Source: an uncultured Fibrobacterota bacterium
Lineage (GTDB): Bacteria; Fibrobacterota; Chitinivibrionia; Chitinivibrionales; FEN-1185
Assembly (NCBI GenBank): GCA_963753345.1
Contig: CAVWBU010000021.1
Span: forward strand, 1-64,000
Length of the DNA: 64,000 bases
Reading direction: 5' to 3'
Below are positions 41,111-50,279 of the stretch, one piece after another; the first letter of the stretch is position 1; each line of letters starts with the position of its first letter. A model generated the notes under the pieces. The model saw only the letters and a list, made by a program, of their open reading frames with translations, ran no database searches and was not told the origin of the DNA. The position numbers and the translations under genes are program-made.

Positions 41111-41851
41111 ATGCAGATTGCTGAGAACATCGACATGTTGGAGATCAGGGTGAACATGATGGGGAGGCCTTCCGAAATTTACCCGGTGCTGGTCAGGGAC
41201 AAAGACTCAACTGTTCTCATCGACACAGGGTTTCCTGGCACACTGCCACTGCTCCGTTGCGAGACGGAGAGGATTGCCGAGTTCCAACGTATAAACACCA
41301 TTATCCTCACCCATCAAGATATAGACCATATCGGAAACCTTTCAGCAATTATCAAGGAAGCCCCGGGGAAAGTGCAGGTACTATGTCATGAGGTTGAAAA
41401 ACCCTATATCCAAGGGGACAAAGAGCCGCACAAACTGGGGATATTCAAAACGCGGATGGAAACTATGCCGCCGGAGCAGAAAGAGATTTATGGCAAAATG
41501 ATCGCGGCTTTCAAAACCAGTGTCGCTAAGGTCGACCGGACGTTGACCGATGGCGAGACACTGCCGTTTTGCGGGGGCATGAAGGTCATTTATACTCCCG
41601 GTCACACCATCGGCCATATCTGTCTTTACTTCTTGCAAAGCAGGGTCCTTATTGCGGGCGACGCCCTGCATGCCGACAATGGCAGATTAGTCAAGCCCCC
41701 TTCGTCAAGCCAATATGATCAGTGCTTGTTTGAGAAATCCATTGGAAAGCTCGCTGAACTGGACATCGGAAAAATTGTTTGTTTTCATGGAGGTCTCGTC
41801 CTGAACAACGTCAACCAGAGGATTGGGGACTTGTCCTGTGGGAAAAGATAA
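41111..41851 (+). CDS. MBL-fold metallo-hydrolase
   Basis: LIDTG, THQDIDHIG, TPGHTIGH, AGDAL, CFHGG. Confidence 0.9.
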   Translation: MQIAENIDMLEIRVNMMGRPSEIYPVLVRDKDSTVLIDTGFPGTLPLLRCETERIAEFQRINTIILTHQDIDHIGNLSAIIKEAPGKVQVLCHEVEKPYIQGDKEPHKLGIFKTRMETMPPEQKEIYGKMIAAFKTSVAKVDRTLTDGETLPFCGGMKVIYTPGHTIGHICLYFLQSRVLIAGDALHADNGRLVKPPSSSQYDQCLFEKSIGKLAELDIGKIVCFHGGLVLNNVNQRIGDLSCGKR

Positions 41852-42238
41852 CGATTCTGAAAGGAAGACAATGCTCCATGCCTGACTTCGACATGAATCC
41901 CGTCAGGCGGGTATTAATTTTGACCGTTGGCAGATTCCAAACCCGAGTTCGGAGAAATCCGGCACAAACAAGTGAGGCCTCATTATGCTTTATAAAAAGC
42001 TTGGCAAAACAGGCGTTGATCTCTCTATTCTGGGGTTCGGGTGCATGCGGCTCCCAACCATTGGCAATAAGGCAGAGCACGTAGACTTTCCTCAGGCGAC
42101 CCAACTGCTTCATTATGCGATCGACCATGACGTTAGTTTTGTGGACATTGACGGATTGTTGTAACACTTGAGTTGAAACAAATGTCGAATAATTGAATAA
42201 TGGGTGCACCAAAGGTAATAACTAACCAATCTTAAAAT

Positions 42239-42613
42239 GTGGTAAGTCGTGTCAAAAAGATTAGTTTACTATTGATAATAGTGAGGGTTATTTTATGCAT
42301 ATCTTCATTTCTGTATTTGCAGCGGCTTGTTTGGTGTTTTTCGGTTATTTTGCGATCTGGAGTTCCACTCACTTCTTTCGGAAGGATTTTGTCCATAATT
42401 TTATTTGTATTAGCTGGGCTGGCTCTGATTTCTCCGGTTGCCGTCAGACATTTTCATAGAGGTCCCAGAATGAATGAAATGCAATTCCACAGACATCCCG
42501 GTTTCATGGGACGTCCACAGGGACCTTGGATGAATAGAATACAAATGCCCGGAGACAAGAACCGGCCGGAAACTGTACCTGAAGAAAAACCCGATATTCC
42601 AGCTTCCAAATAA
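42239..42613 (+). CDS. Hypothetical small membrane protein
   Basis: Hydrophobic segments plus a His/Met/Pro-rich tail; start uncertain, AT-rich. Confidence 0.35.
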   Translation: MVSRVKKISLLLIIVRVILCISSFLYLQRLVWCFSVILRSGVPLTSFGRILSIILFVLAGLALISPVAVRHFHRGPRMNEMQFHRHPGFMGRPQGPWMNRIQMPGDKNRPETVPEEKPDIPASK

Positions 42614-42815
42614 AGGAAGGCTTTTTTCCTCTCGAAAACCTTCGAATACAACATCCCGTTCCATGGCGAGATGTTGATAATGAAACGTTACGAAAGTTTT
42701 GAAACAGCGCTCCAAGGAGAGGAACGCTGTTCTTTTTCCCTTATTTTGTTAAAGACTGTATCAGTATAGAATTCCTAGAATATTTCATGCTCTGGGCCGC
42801 CTTGAGCGACAGGCA

Positions 42816-43490
42816 ATGTATGAAGAAAAACACCTTTCTGGAAAGAGGTTTGCTATGAGATCACACAGGTACATTTGTTTCGCCTTGCTGCTAAGCTGCG
42901 CAATAATCCTGATGGCGGGCTGCTCGACTTCAGGGCTTGTCAAACAATGGAGCGACCCTTCCTATCATGGCCCGGCGCTGACCAAAATCCTGATCGTTGC
43001 CATCCGGAAAGACCCGACGAAGCGCCGCGTTTGGGAAGATGCCTTTTCTTCAGGACTTGCCAAGCTAGGCGTAAACGCCACACAGTCGTACCGGTTGTTT
43101 CCTGACGCAACACCGGACTCCAGCCATCTGGCCGAAGCAATGGCGGACAAGAATTTTGATGGAATCATCATCACCCGCTGGCTTCCCAAGGAAAGAATTG
43201 CCGAGTATGTGGCGCCCTCTGTCACCACGGAGCCTGAAACGAGATATAGTGCGCGTAAGCAGGAATTTGTAACATTCTATCGTGAAATTGAGAATCCGGG
43301 GTATGTTGACACGCAAGAAATAGCCAACCGCTCGATTGACGTGTGGATCGCCGGCAGCGACAGCCGGTTGATCTGGAGCGCAGTGAGTGAGACACCCGAG
43401 CCGGCCACGTCGGAAGCTGTGCACCGCGACATTGTAGGCCTCGTAACTTCTGATTTGACAAAAAGGGGCATTGTCGCGAAGGGCAAATAG
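42816..43490 (+). CDS. Hypothetical lipoprotein
   Basis: MAGC lipobox; KILIVA, RRVWED, LIWSAVSET blocks. Confidence 0.7.
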   Translation: MYEEKHLSGKRFAMRSHRYICFALLLSCAIILMAGCSTSGLVKQWSDPSYHGPALTKILIVAIRKDPTKRRVWEDAFSSGLAKLGVNATQSYRLFPDATPDSSHLAEAMADKNFDGIIITRWLPKERIAEYVAPSVTTEPETRYSARKQEFVTFYREIENPGYVDTQEIANRSIDVWIAGSDSRLIWSAVSETPEPATSEAVHRDIVGLVTSDLTKRGIVAKGK

Positions 43491-43658
43491 GCAAGGTCAA
43501 TTGATCTAACTTGCGTTTGAAAATTCTGCTTTGAAATTATCACATGATTTTTAATCTTAAACCAGTAAAAAAAGGATGAGGGAAGCGCCTCTATTACCGT
43601 ATGGGGAGATATAACTTATATCACTTTTATCAATTCATCATTTCAAAGGAGGGTTTGT

Positions 43659-43847
43659 ATGGTAATCAAGCAAAAGACGACCGGAAAACTAGGCTCAACC
43701 ACCGGGCTCAACCAGTTCAAAGCTGAAATTGAGGCGCGGGCAAAGGAAATTTATCTCAAGCGTCAGGTTACCAAGACGCCTGGAGATGCACTGTCTGATT
43801 GGCTGATGGCGGAAAAAGAGATAAAGGCGAAATATAATATCGCCTGA
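43659..43847 (+). CDS. DUF2934 domain small protein
   Basis: IEARAKEIY..R....GDALSDWLMAEKEI; RBS AGGAGG. Confidence 0.8.
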   Translation: MVIKQKTTGKLGSTTGLNQFKAEIEARAKEIYLKRQVTKTPGDALSDWLMAEKEIKAKYNIA

Positions 43848-43851
43848 AAGC

Positions 43852-44217
43852 TCCGACAAGACCGGTCTTACACAGGTCGATATCGGGGTAGTCGCGGAGA
43901 GTCTTCTGGAAGCGATTTCCTCAACCTTGAAACAAGTCAAGAATATCCAAATCCGGGGGTTCGGCCGGTTCAAGCTTAGGGAAAGGAAAGCCCGTGAAGC
44001 AAGGGATCCCAAAAAAGGTGCGGCGATTCATATTGAAGGTGGAATAAAACCGATCTTCAAGTCATCGAGGAAATTGTATGCTCGCATTAAATATGGCACA
44101 CGCAACGGTGGAATTTATGGCTCAGCTTGGTCGCCAAATAGAGCCATGAATCAATTCGGTTTCTGTCAATCTCCGTACAATGCTTTGAGTGCAGCTACTG
44201 TCGGATGCCCAGTGTAG
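43852..44217 (+). pseudogene. HU/IHF-family DNA-binding protein lacking its first helix and start codon
   Basis: SDKTGLTQVD...LEAISSTL...IQIRGFGRF...RKAREARDPK.G..I.I....P.FK; in-frame stop at 43822 with no ATG before the homology. Confidence 0.7.
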
Positions 44218-44879
44218 AATTCTCCCTGAGGTCCTATGTATCCATTCTTGTGTTTCACCAGCCTTACCGGTGTAAATCCTCCCTTTGAAGTAGGAACATT
44301 GATTGTTGCCGTGTCACTTGATGCCGATTTCGGTAGTGCTGCAACTGGTTGTTCAACTGAAGGAGCCCCTGCTGGTGCTTCCTGGTCCTCAGATGGTGTA
44401 GCTGTTGGTGGCGGTACAACCATATAGCCATCCGAATAGGGCTGGAAATAAGATCCATCGCAATAATAATAGGGGCTTCCGTCGACATAAACTGTAGTGT
44501 AGTAGTCGGGAATGTAGTTAAAATAGGCACCCACAGACCAATAAGGCCCCCAACCGTAGTATCCGCGATAATGCCTGTGGTTGTAACCTGAATGATAATA
44601 ATTACTGCTTCCCCGATGCCCACTCCAACCAGAGGTGTTTCCCGTGGCTGCAGACTTGGCAAGACCTCCCCCATATCTGACACTGGGGGAACTTCCCCGA
44701 AACCCGCTCCTAGAAGAACCTCCCCAAGTTGTAGCCCTAGCGACACTACGAGATCCTGATGAGGAACTCCGAACAGATGCACTACTGGCACTAGATGAGC
44801 CTCTGGCAGATACATTAAATGCGGATAGTATGACCAGCAGGCTGAGGCCTAGGATTATCAGGGATGCTTTCTTCTTCAT
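44166..44879 (-). CDS. Secreted Gly/Ser/Tyr-rich protein (DUF6515-like)
   Basis: Signal peptide, low-complexity S/G region, TVYVDGSPYYYCDG.YF...GYMVVPPP, GYIGPQGEFY. Confidence 0.7.
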   Translation of the reverse strand: MKKKASLIILGLSLLVILSAFNVSARGSSSASSASVRSSSSGSRSVARATTWGGSSRSGFRGSSPSVRYGGGLAKSAATGNTSGWSGHRGSSNYYHSGYNHRHYRGYYGWGPYWSVGAYFNYIPDYYTTVYVDGSPYYYCDGSYFQPYSDGYMVVPPPTATPSEDQEAPAGAPSVEQPVAALPKSASSDTATINVPTSKGGFTPVRLVKHKNGYIGPQGEFYTGHPTVAALKALYGD

Positions 44880-45125
44880 ACCAGTCTCCCTTCTTTACCT
44901 ATATATTAGACAAATAGGAAATGGAAAAAGTTACAAGAAGAAAAGTGGCGCATCTTGAAGCAGGAGCCAGGCTTACAGCCTCGGCACAATACACATCTCC
45001 GCAAATATACTCTTCCAAATTCTTGAAGGGACATATTTTACCCGATTGTACAAATATGGCGAGAACCAAAATATCAATCCGCAAATATCTTTTGGCGAGG
45101 CTGTTTAAACACCATGCGCTGTTCA

Positions 45126-45752
45126 TCACTCTGACATTTTTATCCACCACCCTCTTTGCCGGTCCACCGTACCAGACCGACGATCCTGAACCACCAGAAC
45201 CAGGGCATTGGGAACTATTCTTTGCGGCGTACGCCTCTGCCGAGGCAGCTTTGGGGCGACGATTTCTTCGGTAGGGTTTTCGGAGCAGTAATTTTGCTTG
45301 ATCGCCCACTTGAAGAACTTGCGAAGCTGTCGCCGTTCCTCACGCCTGGTCTTGGCGGTCATGCCCTGCGCGACCCTCTTATCCATGAATTCCTGTGCCA
45401 TCTCTTTGTCGAACGCTCTGAATTGTTCGAGATGCCTTTCCCGGGCAAAGGCGATGAAGTTGTTCACCGTTGCCTGTTCCCTGCGGATCGAGCTCTGTTG
45501 CTTGTCGATACCGATGGTGCTGCGCGGTACGACCGTGTCCAGAAACCTGATCAAGGCCTGTTCCAGGTTGCTGTTGACAATCAGGACCGGTGCCTTATGC
45601 GTCCTGTTCAATTCCTTCGCCGAATATTCCCTTGCCAGATAATCAGCGTCGGTCTTGTTTGCGTCCTTGCAACAGGATTTTGTTTTCCATTTACCGCTTT
45701 CATCCTTATATCGAATGTACCAGATGTTGTTGCGTTTGAAGGCATGAGCCAT
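45126..45752 (-). pseudogene. Tyrosine integrase, arm- and core-binding domains only (homology ends about 45245)
   Basis: FKRNNIWYIRYKDESGKWKTKS arm domain; LRKFFKWAIKQNY..ENP core-binding end; no catalytic R-H-R-Y domain; next to the tRNA 3' end. Confidence 0.8.
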
Positions 45753-45916
45753 TGTGTCCCCCCGTTTGTTTGTTCTTTACAGGATAAGATAGGTCGACTG
45801 CGACAAAACTGCGACAAGACTGCCGCAAAAAAGGGGGGGGACCGCGGGGAAAAGCGGGAAGAAGCGCGAACCGAAGGTTCGCCCGGAAGTTTATGATTTT
45901 ACGGGCAAATACGAAC

Positions 45917-45952
45917 AGAAAGGGGTTCCTTGCTTGTCAGGCAAGAAACCCC
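45917..45952 (-). terminator. Intrinsic terminator of tRNA-Ser
   Basis: Minus strand GGGGTTTCTTGC-CTGACAA-GCAAGGAACCCC-TTTCT. Confidence 0.7.
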
Positions 45953-45962
45953 ATCCGCATAG

Positions 45963-46054
45963 TGGCGGAGAGGCAGGGATTCGAACCCTGGGCACCCACT
46001 GAAGGGCGCAACGGTTTTCGAGACCGCCCCTTTCAACCGCTCAGGCACCTCTCC
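45963..46054 (-). tRNA. tRNA-Ser (anticodon CGA), CCA encoded
   Basis: GGAGAGG/CCTCTCC acceptor stem, GCGGT-CTCGAAA-ACCGT anticodon arm, long variable arm, GGTTCGAATCC, discriminator G. Confidence 0.96.
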
Positions 46055-46120
46055 GCGGATATCCTAAGCCGAGAATAATCAACCTGATTTATTGTGGCGC
46101 TCTCGAAAACTTTTTTTGAG

Positions 46121-46227
46121 TCGAGACCGCCCCGTTGTCACTTCGTTCCCTTGGGAGAGGCATGCGAGCCTGCGGCTCGTTGATACTTGAAGCCGTTTGC
46201 CCAATCAACCGCTCAGGCACCTCTCCG
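46121..46227 (-). pseudogene. Tandem duplicate of the tRNA-Ser 5' half interrupted by a ~70-nt structured insert
   Basis: 46205-46227 = 46033-46055 and 46121-46133 = 46018-46030. Confidence 0.75.
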
Positions 46228-46616
46228 AGGAAGGGAAAAAATATATCCTGAAAAAGTTTGAGCCAATGTAATAAGAAATAATGGCTGGGAAGATCATAGT
46301 AACCTGTTGATTGGTTTTACGGCCGGAGGCTTTTTCCGGAAGGGGCGCTCCATAGGCATGGCGTCTATTTCGAGTATCCGCGGCGAGGGTGGATTGATGG
46401 CGCATTGTTTCCCCTTCATCAAGCAGGCTCGAGTCCGCCCGACCTAAGGTTCTTTACGGAAGCAGAGAGCCTCCGCCAGAGGATAGCTTTGAGGAAAAAC
46501 ACCGTGACTGGTTTTTCCTTTCTTGACGACAACAACTGGAAATACCTATATTTTTTCGGTATTGGACAAAAGCTTTCAACAGAAAAACGGCCGATGGTAA
46601 AAATCAAGGAGTCCTT

Positions 46617-47420
46617 ATGAAGAAGAAAGCCGGAATGATGGCGGCCATGCTGACGTTGATGGTGTTCTCCTATGTGATGTCTGCGCCGGGATTGAAGGTG
46701 ACTATGACGGCCGTCGATCCTCCGGGAGGTTCATGGGAACCCAACTATGAGCTGGTCATGTGGATCAGAAATGCGGCCGGTTCCTTTGTTAAAACATTCG
46801 GGTCATGGGGCCAGGACCGTAGCAGCAACGACTTTCCTATCTGGTACGCAAACAGCGGCGGCGCGACTACTGTTGACGGGACAACCGGAGCGACGCTGAC
46901 CGCCGACACCACGCTGAATTCGACCTGGAACCTGACCGGCGCCAACAATGCAGCCGTGCCGAACGGCTCCTACTCCTACCGGATCGAGCTGAGCAACCAT
47001 CACACCCTGACTGCCTATGCCGCCTATTTTGTCGCAGGGACCATACAGATCGACAGCACCTCCAAAGTGAAGAACGGGGTAGACTCGAGCGTGAATAACG
47101 GATCGACCTACATAACGAATGTTATCGCGGAATACACCGCTCCCGCCAACGGCACAATCAACGCTGTTCCGGAAAATAGAACGGTAAATCCTCTCGCCTT
47201 CGTGACGCCGGCACATTTCGGCCGCGGCACGGTAACCATACGGCTATTCGCTTCCAACGGAAAAGTGGTGTGGCAGGAAACATACGCCACGTCGGCGGGA
47301 AACAGCATCGTGGTATCACACAACGATATTAAACAATCAATCCGGTTTTCGGGCGTTGGCATGCTGGTGGCAGACTACGGGACAGAGAAAATTATAAGGC
47401 GTTTCCTGCAAGTGAATTAG
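46617..47420 (+). CDS. Secreted DUF2271-like protein with CTD
   Basis: Signal peptide; VMWIRNAAGSFVKT, VDGTTGAT, TWNLT....VPNGSY.YRIE; CTD LFASNGKVV. Confidence 0.7.
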   Translation: MKKKAGMMAAMLTLMVFSYVMSAPGLKVTMTAVDPPGGSWEPNYELVMWIRNAAGSFVKTFGSWGQDRSSNDFPIWYANSGGATTVDGTTGATLTADTTLNSTWNLTGANNAAVPNGSYSYRIELSNHHTLTAYAAYFVAGTIQIDSTSKVKNGVDSSVNNGSTYITNVIAEYTAPANGTINAVPENRTVNPLAFVTPAHFGRGTVTIRLFASNGKVVWQETYATSAGNSIVVSHNDIKQSIRFSGVGMLVADYGTEKIIRRFLQVN

Positions 47421-47516
47421 CGTTTCTCTTTCCGCCCCTTGGAACGACTGGTGATGGGGAGGTGATCCGGCGCTGTCGGGGTGCCGCAAAATCACCCGCT
47501 GGGATGCAGGCAGTTC

Positions 47517-48401
47517 TTACTCGCTTATCTTCATCTTCAGCACATCCGGGTTAAACGCCTTTACCGATACGCTCACCCGATCTCCCGGCGCAAGTCCTGC
47601 GGCTTCTTCGTGGGAGAGCGCGATACGTGATATTTTCTCTCCTACCGCTATTGTTACCACATTGACCGCACCCTGTGTCCGGTTATCGAGCACCTGCCCC
47701 GACACTCTCAGACGGTCGCCGTGGCCGCCGAAAATTTCCTGCGGCGTTCCGGAAGCGGCCACCGATCCGTCGGCGATACGCATAACCCTCGTTGCCAGCC
47801 TGAAGATCTCGCCGCAATCGTGGCTCACCAGAAACGTCAACACCGGCATGGCGCGCCTGGCCGACGCAAGCGCTTCCTGGAGCGAGTTCCTCATCGCAGG
47901 GTCGAGCGCCGACAGCGGCTCGTCAAGGAGCAATACCGATGGGCTTGCCGCGAGCGTGCGTGCAAGCGCGACGCGTTGCTGCTGGCCGCCGGACAACATT
48001 GCAGGCAGGCTGCGGCGGAGCCCGGACAGCCCAAATGTTTCCAGAAGGGAATCGACAACACTCCCGTCGGTTCCCCGCGCGAGTCCGTATCGCACGTTCT
48101 GTTCGACGGTCATTTTGGAAAAAAGCGCGTACTCCTGAAACACGAGTCCCACGCGCCGATGCTGCGGAGGGACGTTGGTACGCGCCGCCGAGTCGAACAA
48201 AACCCGTTCTCCGAAAGTGATGCGCCCCTCATCAGGTTCCGTAAGGCCGGCGATCATGCGCAGCAGGGTGGTTTTTCCCGCCCCCGAAGGTCCGAACAGG
48301 GCGATGCATTCCGCACCGTCCGCATCAATGCGAAAATCAAGATTGAAGGTCGTGCCCCGGGCACAAAGCTTCTTGCACACCGTCATGGAAAACGCGGCCA
48401 T
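47517..48401 (-). CDS. modC: Molybdate ABC ATPase with C-terminal TOBE
   Basis: ALFGPSGAGKTTLLRMIAGL, VPPQHRRVGLVFQEYALF, LSGGQQQR, VSHD. Confidence 0.9.
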   Translation of the reverse strand: MAAFSMTVCKKLCARGTTFNLDFRIDADGAECIALFGPSGAGKTTLLRMIAGLTEPDEGRITFGERVLFDSAARTNVPPQHRRVGLVFQEYALFSKMTVEQNVRYGLARGTDGSVVDSLLETFGLSGLRRSLPAMLSGGQQQRVALARTLAASPSVLLLDEPLSALDPAMRNSLQEALASARRAMPVLTFLVSHDCGEIFRLATRVMRIADGSVAASGTPQEIFGGHGDRLRVSGQVLDNRTQGAVNVVTIAVGEKISRIALSHEEAAGLAPGDRVSVSVKAFNPDVLKMKISE

Positions 48402-48402
48402 G

Positions 48403-49074
48403 TCACCAGGTCCTTGCGAATCGCTTGTTGACAAGGATGAGCAGGAACAGCACGGCGAACGAGACGACCACCAGTACCGCCGAATACAGGTGCGCCGCGG
48501 CGAAATGGAGCGATTCGACTTCGTCGTAGACGGCAATTGACGCAACGCGCGTCACGCCGGGGATTTTGCCGCCGATCATGAGCACCATGCCGAACTCGCC
48601 AATGGTGTGCGCGAACGTGAGGATAAGCCCCGTCAGTATGCTCGGCCGGATCGAGGGCAGCAGCACCCGCCAGAACGTTGTCCAGCGGCCCTTCCCCAGA
48701 ACAAAACTCGCTTCGCACAGCGACCGCGGCAGCGACTCCAGCCCCGACAGCACCGGATTGACCATGAACGGCACGTTGAACAGCACAGACCCGACTACGA
48801 GCCCCTCAAAGGTGAACACGAGGCGCAGGTGGAAAACGTGCTGCAAAAAGTGGCCAAGCGGCGCCGAGGGATTGAACAGGAGGAGGAGGTAAAACCCGAC
48901 GACCACCGGCGGGAGCACGAGCGGCAGGTTGACGAGCACCCGCGCCACGTATCCTGCGGGAGAGCGCGTGAAATACAGCCAGAGCACGAGCGGCAGGGAC
49001 AGCACGAACAGTATGACCGCCGCCACCGCGGCGAGCTTCAGGGAAAGGATCAGCGGCACGGGATCGAAGCTCAC
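48403..49074 (-). CDS. modB: Molybdate ABC permease
   Basis: LPLVLPPVVVGFYLL, FAHTIGEFGMVLMIGG.IPG.TRVAS. Confidence 0.93.
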   Translation of the reverse strand: MSFDPVPLILSLKLAAVAAVILFVLSLPLVLWLYFTRSPAGYVARVLVNLPLVLPPVVVGFYLLLLFNPSAPLGHFLQHVFHLRLVFTFEGLVVGSVLFNVPFMVNPVLSGLESLPRSLCEASFVLGKGRWTTFWRVLLPSIRPSILTGLILTFAHTIGEFGMVLMIGGKIPGVTRVASIAVYDEVESLHFAAAHLYSAVLVVVSFAVLFLLILVNKRFARTW

Positions 49075-49475
49075 CCGGCCTCCGGAGCGATCATCACTTC
49101 GGTGGATTTGACAAGCGCGAACACCTGCGTCCCGGCAGAAAGCCCCAGGTCCCGTGCGCTTTCGGACGTGATGAGCGCGGCAAGCGGTGTTCCGGAAAAG
49201 TCAAGATTCACGCGGCCGAGAACGCCGTCGTCCTCAACCGACTTCACGGTGCAGGGCAGCCTATTGCGTATGCTCAATTTTCCCTCGAACGTGCCAAGGG
49301 CAAGCGCTGTTTCGGACTCCTTGAAACAGACGGTCACCTGCGCGCCCTGCTCCGGGAGAAACGAAGGCTCCTCGAGCAGGACCGCAGTGACCGTTGCAGG
49401 ACCGAGATTCACCGTGATCTTTGCGATCGCGCCGCTGGATTCTCGCGAGACAAGCGTTCCGGCGAGGCGGTTCAC
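49071..49475 (-). CDS. Double TOBE/Mop molybdate-binding protein
   Basis: FKESE, LSIRNRL, ALIT.ESARDLGL..G..V.ALVKSTEV; GTG start overlapping the modA stop. Confidence 0.85.
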   Translation of the reverse strand: MNRLAGTLVSRESSGAIAKITVNLGPATVTAVLLEEPSFLPEQGAQVTVCFKESETALALGTFEGKLSIRNRLPCTVKSVEDDGVLGRVNLDFSGTPLAALITSESARDLGLSAGTQVFALVKSTEVMIAPEAG

Positions 49476-50224
49476 GGCAGCGAATACCCGAACTGTTTCA
49501 TGATGTTCCGCGCCTCGTCGCCAAGCAGAAAAGCCACGAATTTCTCCGCAACTTCGGGGTTGTTGTCGGCACCGTACCTGCACACCACAACGCCCTGGGC
49601 AATAACGCTGTAAAGAGTGCTGTCAACATCTGCCCACGTCCCTTTATCCTTGTTCTGCGGAGACAGAACGATCGATTTTGCGGTAAACCCGATGTTTGCC
49701 GCACCGGTGACAATATACTGCGCGGCCTGAGCGATATTGTCGCCATAAACGATGCGGGATGAAACACCGTCATAGATGCCGGCATTTTTCATGGCGCGCA
49801 CCGATTCCCTGCCATAGGGCGCGAGCCTTGGGTCTGCAATGGCGATTTTCTGGATGCCGGCGTCGGCAAGTCCAGCCACCCCCTTTTCGGCAAGACCGGG
49901 TTTGAGCGACCAGAGCACGAGCTTTCCGTAGGCATAGACTTTCGGTTTGTCAACGGCATATTTCCAGACGAAAAGGCTTTCGGGATAGTCCATGTCCGCG
50001 GATACGAACACGTCGAACGGTGCGCCGTTTTTTATCTGCGAAACGAATTTTCCCGAGGCGCCGTAGACTGGTCTGATCTGGCTGCCGGTTTTCTCATACG
50101 CGGTTTTGATTTCGTCCATGGCATACTGCATGTTCGCGGCGCAGGCGACCGTGGCCTGGGAAAAAACGCTTTTACAGACAAAGAGCGCTACAAGCACTCC
50201 AATATATGCAAATGATTTTCTCAT
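49472..50224 (-). CDS. modA: Molybdate-binding periplasmic protein
   Basis: AAN, YGASGK..QIKNGAPFDVFVSAD, IAIADP.LAPYG, GDNIAQA. Confidence 0.93.
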   Translation of the reverse strand: MRKSFAYIGVLVALFVCKSVFSQATVACAANMQYAMDEIKTAYEKTGSQIRPVYGASGKFVSQIKNGAPFDVFVSADMDYPESLFVWKYAVDKPKVYAYGKLVLWSLKPGLAEKGVAGLADAGIQKIAIADPRLAPYGRESVRAMKNAGIYDGVSSRIVYGDNIAQAAQYIVTGAANIGFTAKSIVLSPQNKDKGTWADVDSTLYSVIAQGVVVCRYGADNNPEVAEKFVAFLLGDEARNIMKQFGYSLP

Positions 50225-50279
50225 GGGGTTCCTCTACTTTTAAAATAGTAAACGGCTTGTTGGGTCCCGAACATTCCCT

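Larger units (their letters stand above)
30667..45981. mobile_element. Decayed genomic island (about 15.3 kb) integrated at the tRNA-Ser 3' end
   Basis: tRNA 3'-end repeats at both ends, ACTGCnnCAA 11-bp tandem repeats inside both ends (30734-30755, 45797-45829), truncated integrase beside the tRNA. Confidence 0.75.

Noticed and set aside
41870-42230. Short ORFs on both strands after the MBL hydrolase
   Set aside because: No recognisable domain; cannot be distinguished from degraded intergenic sequence.
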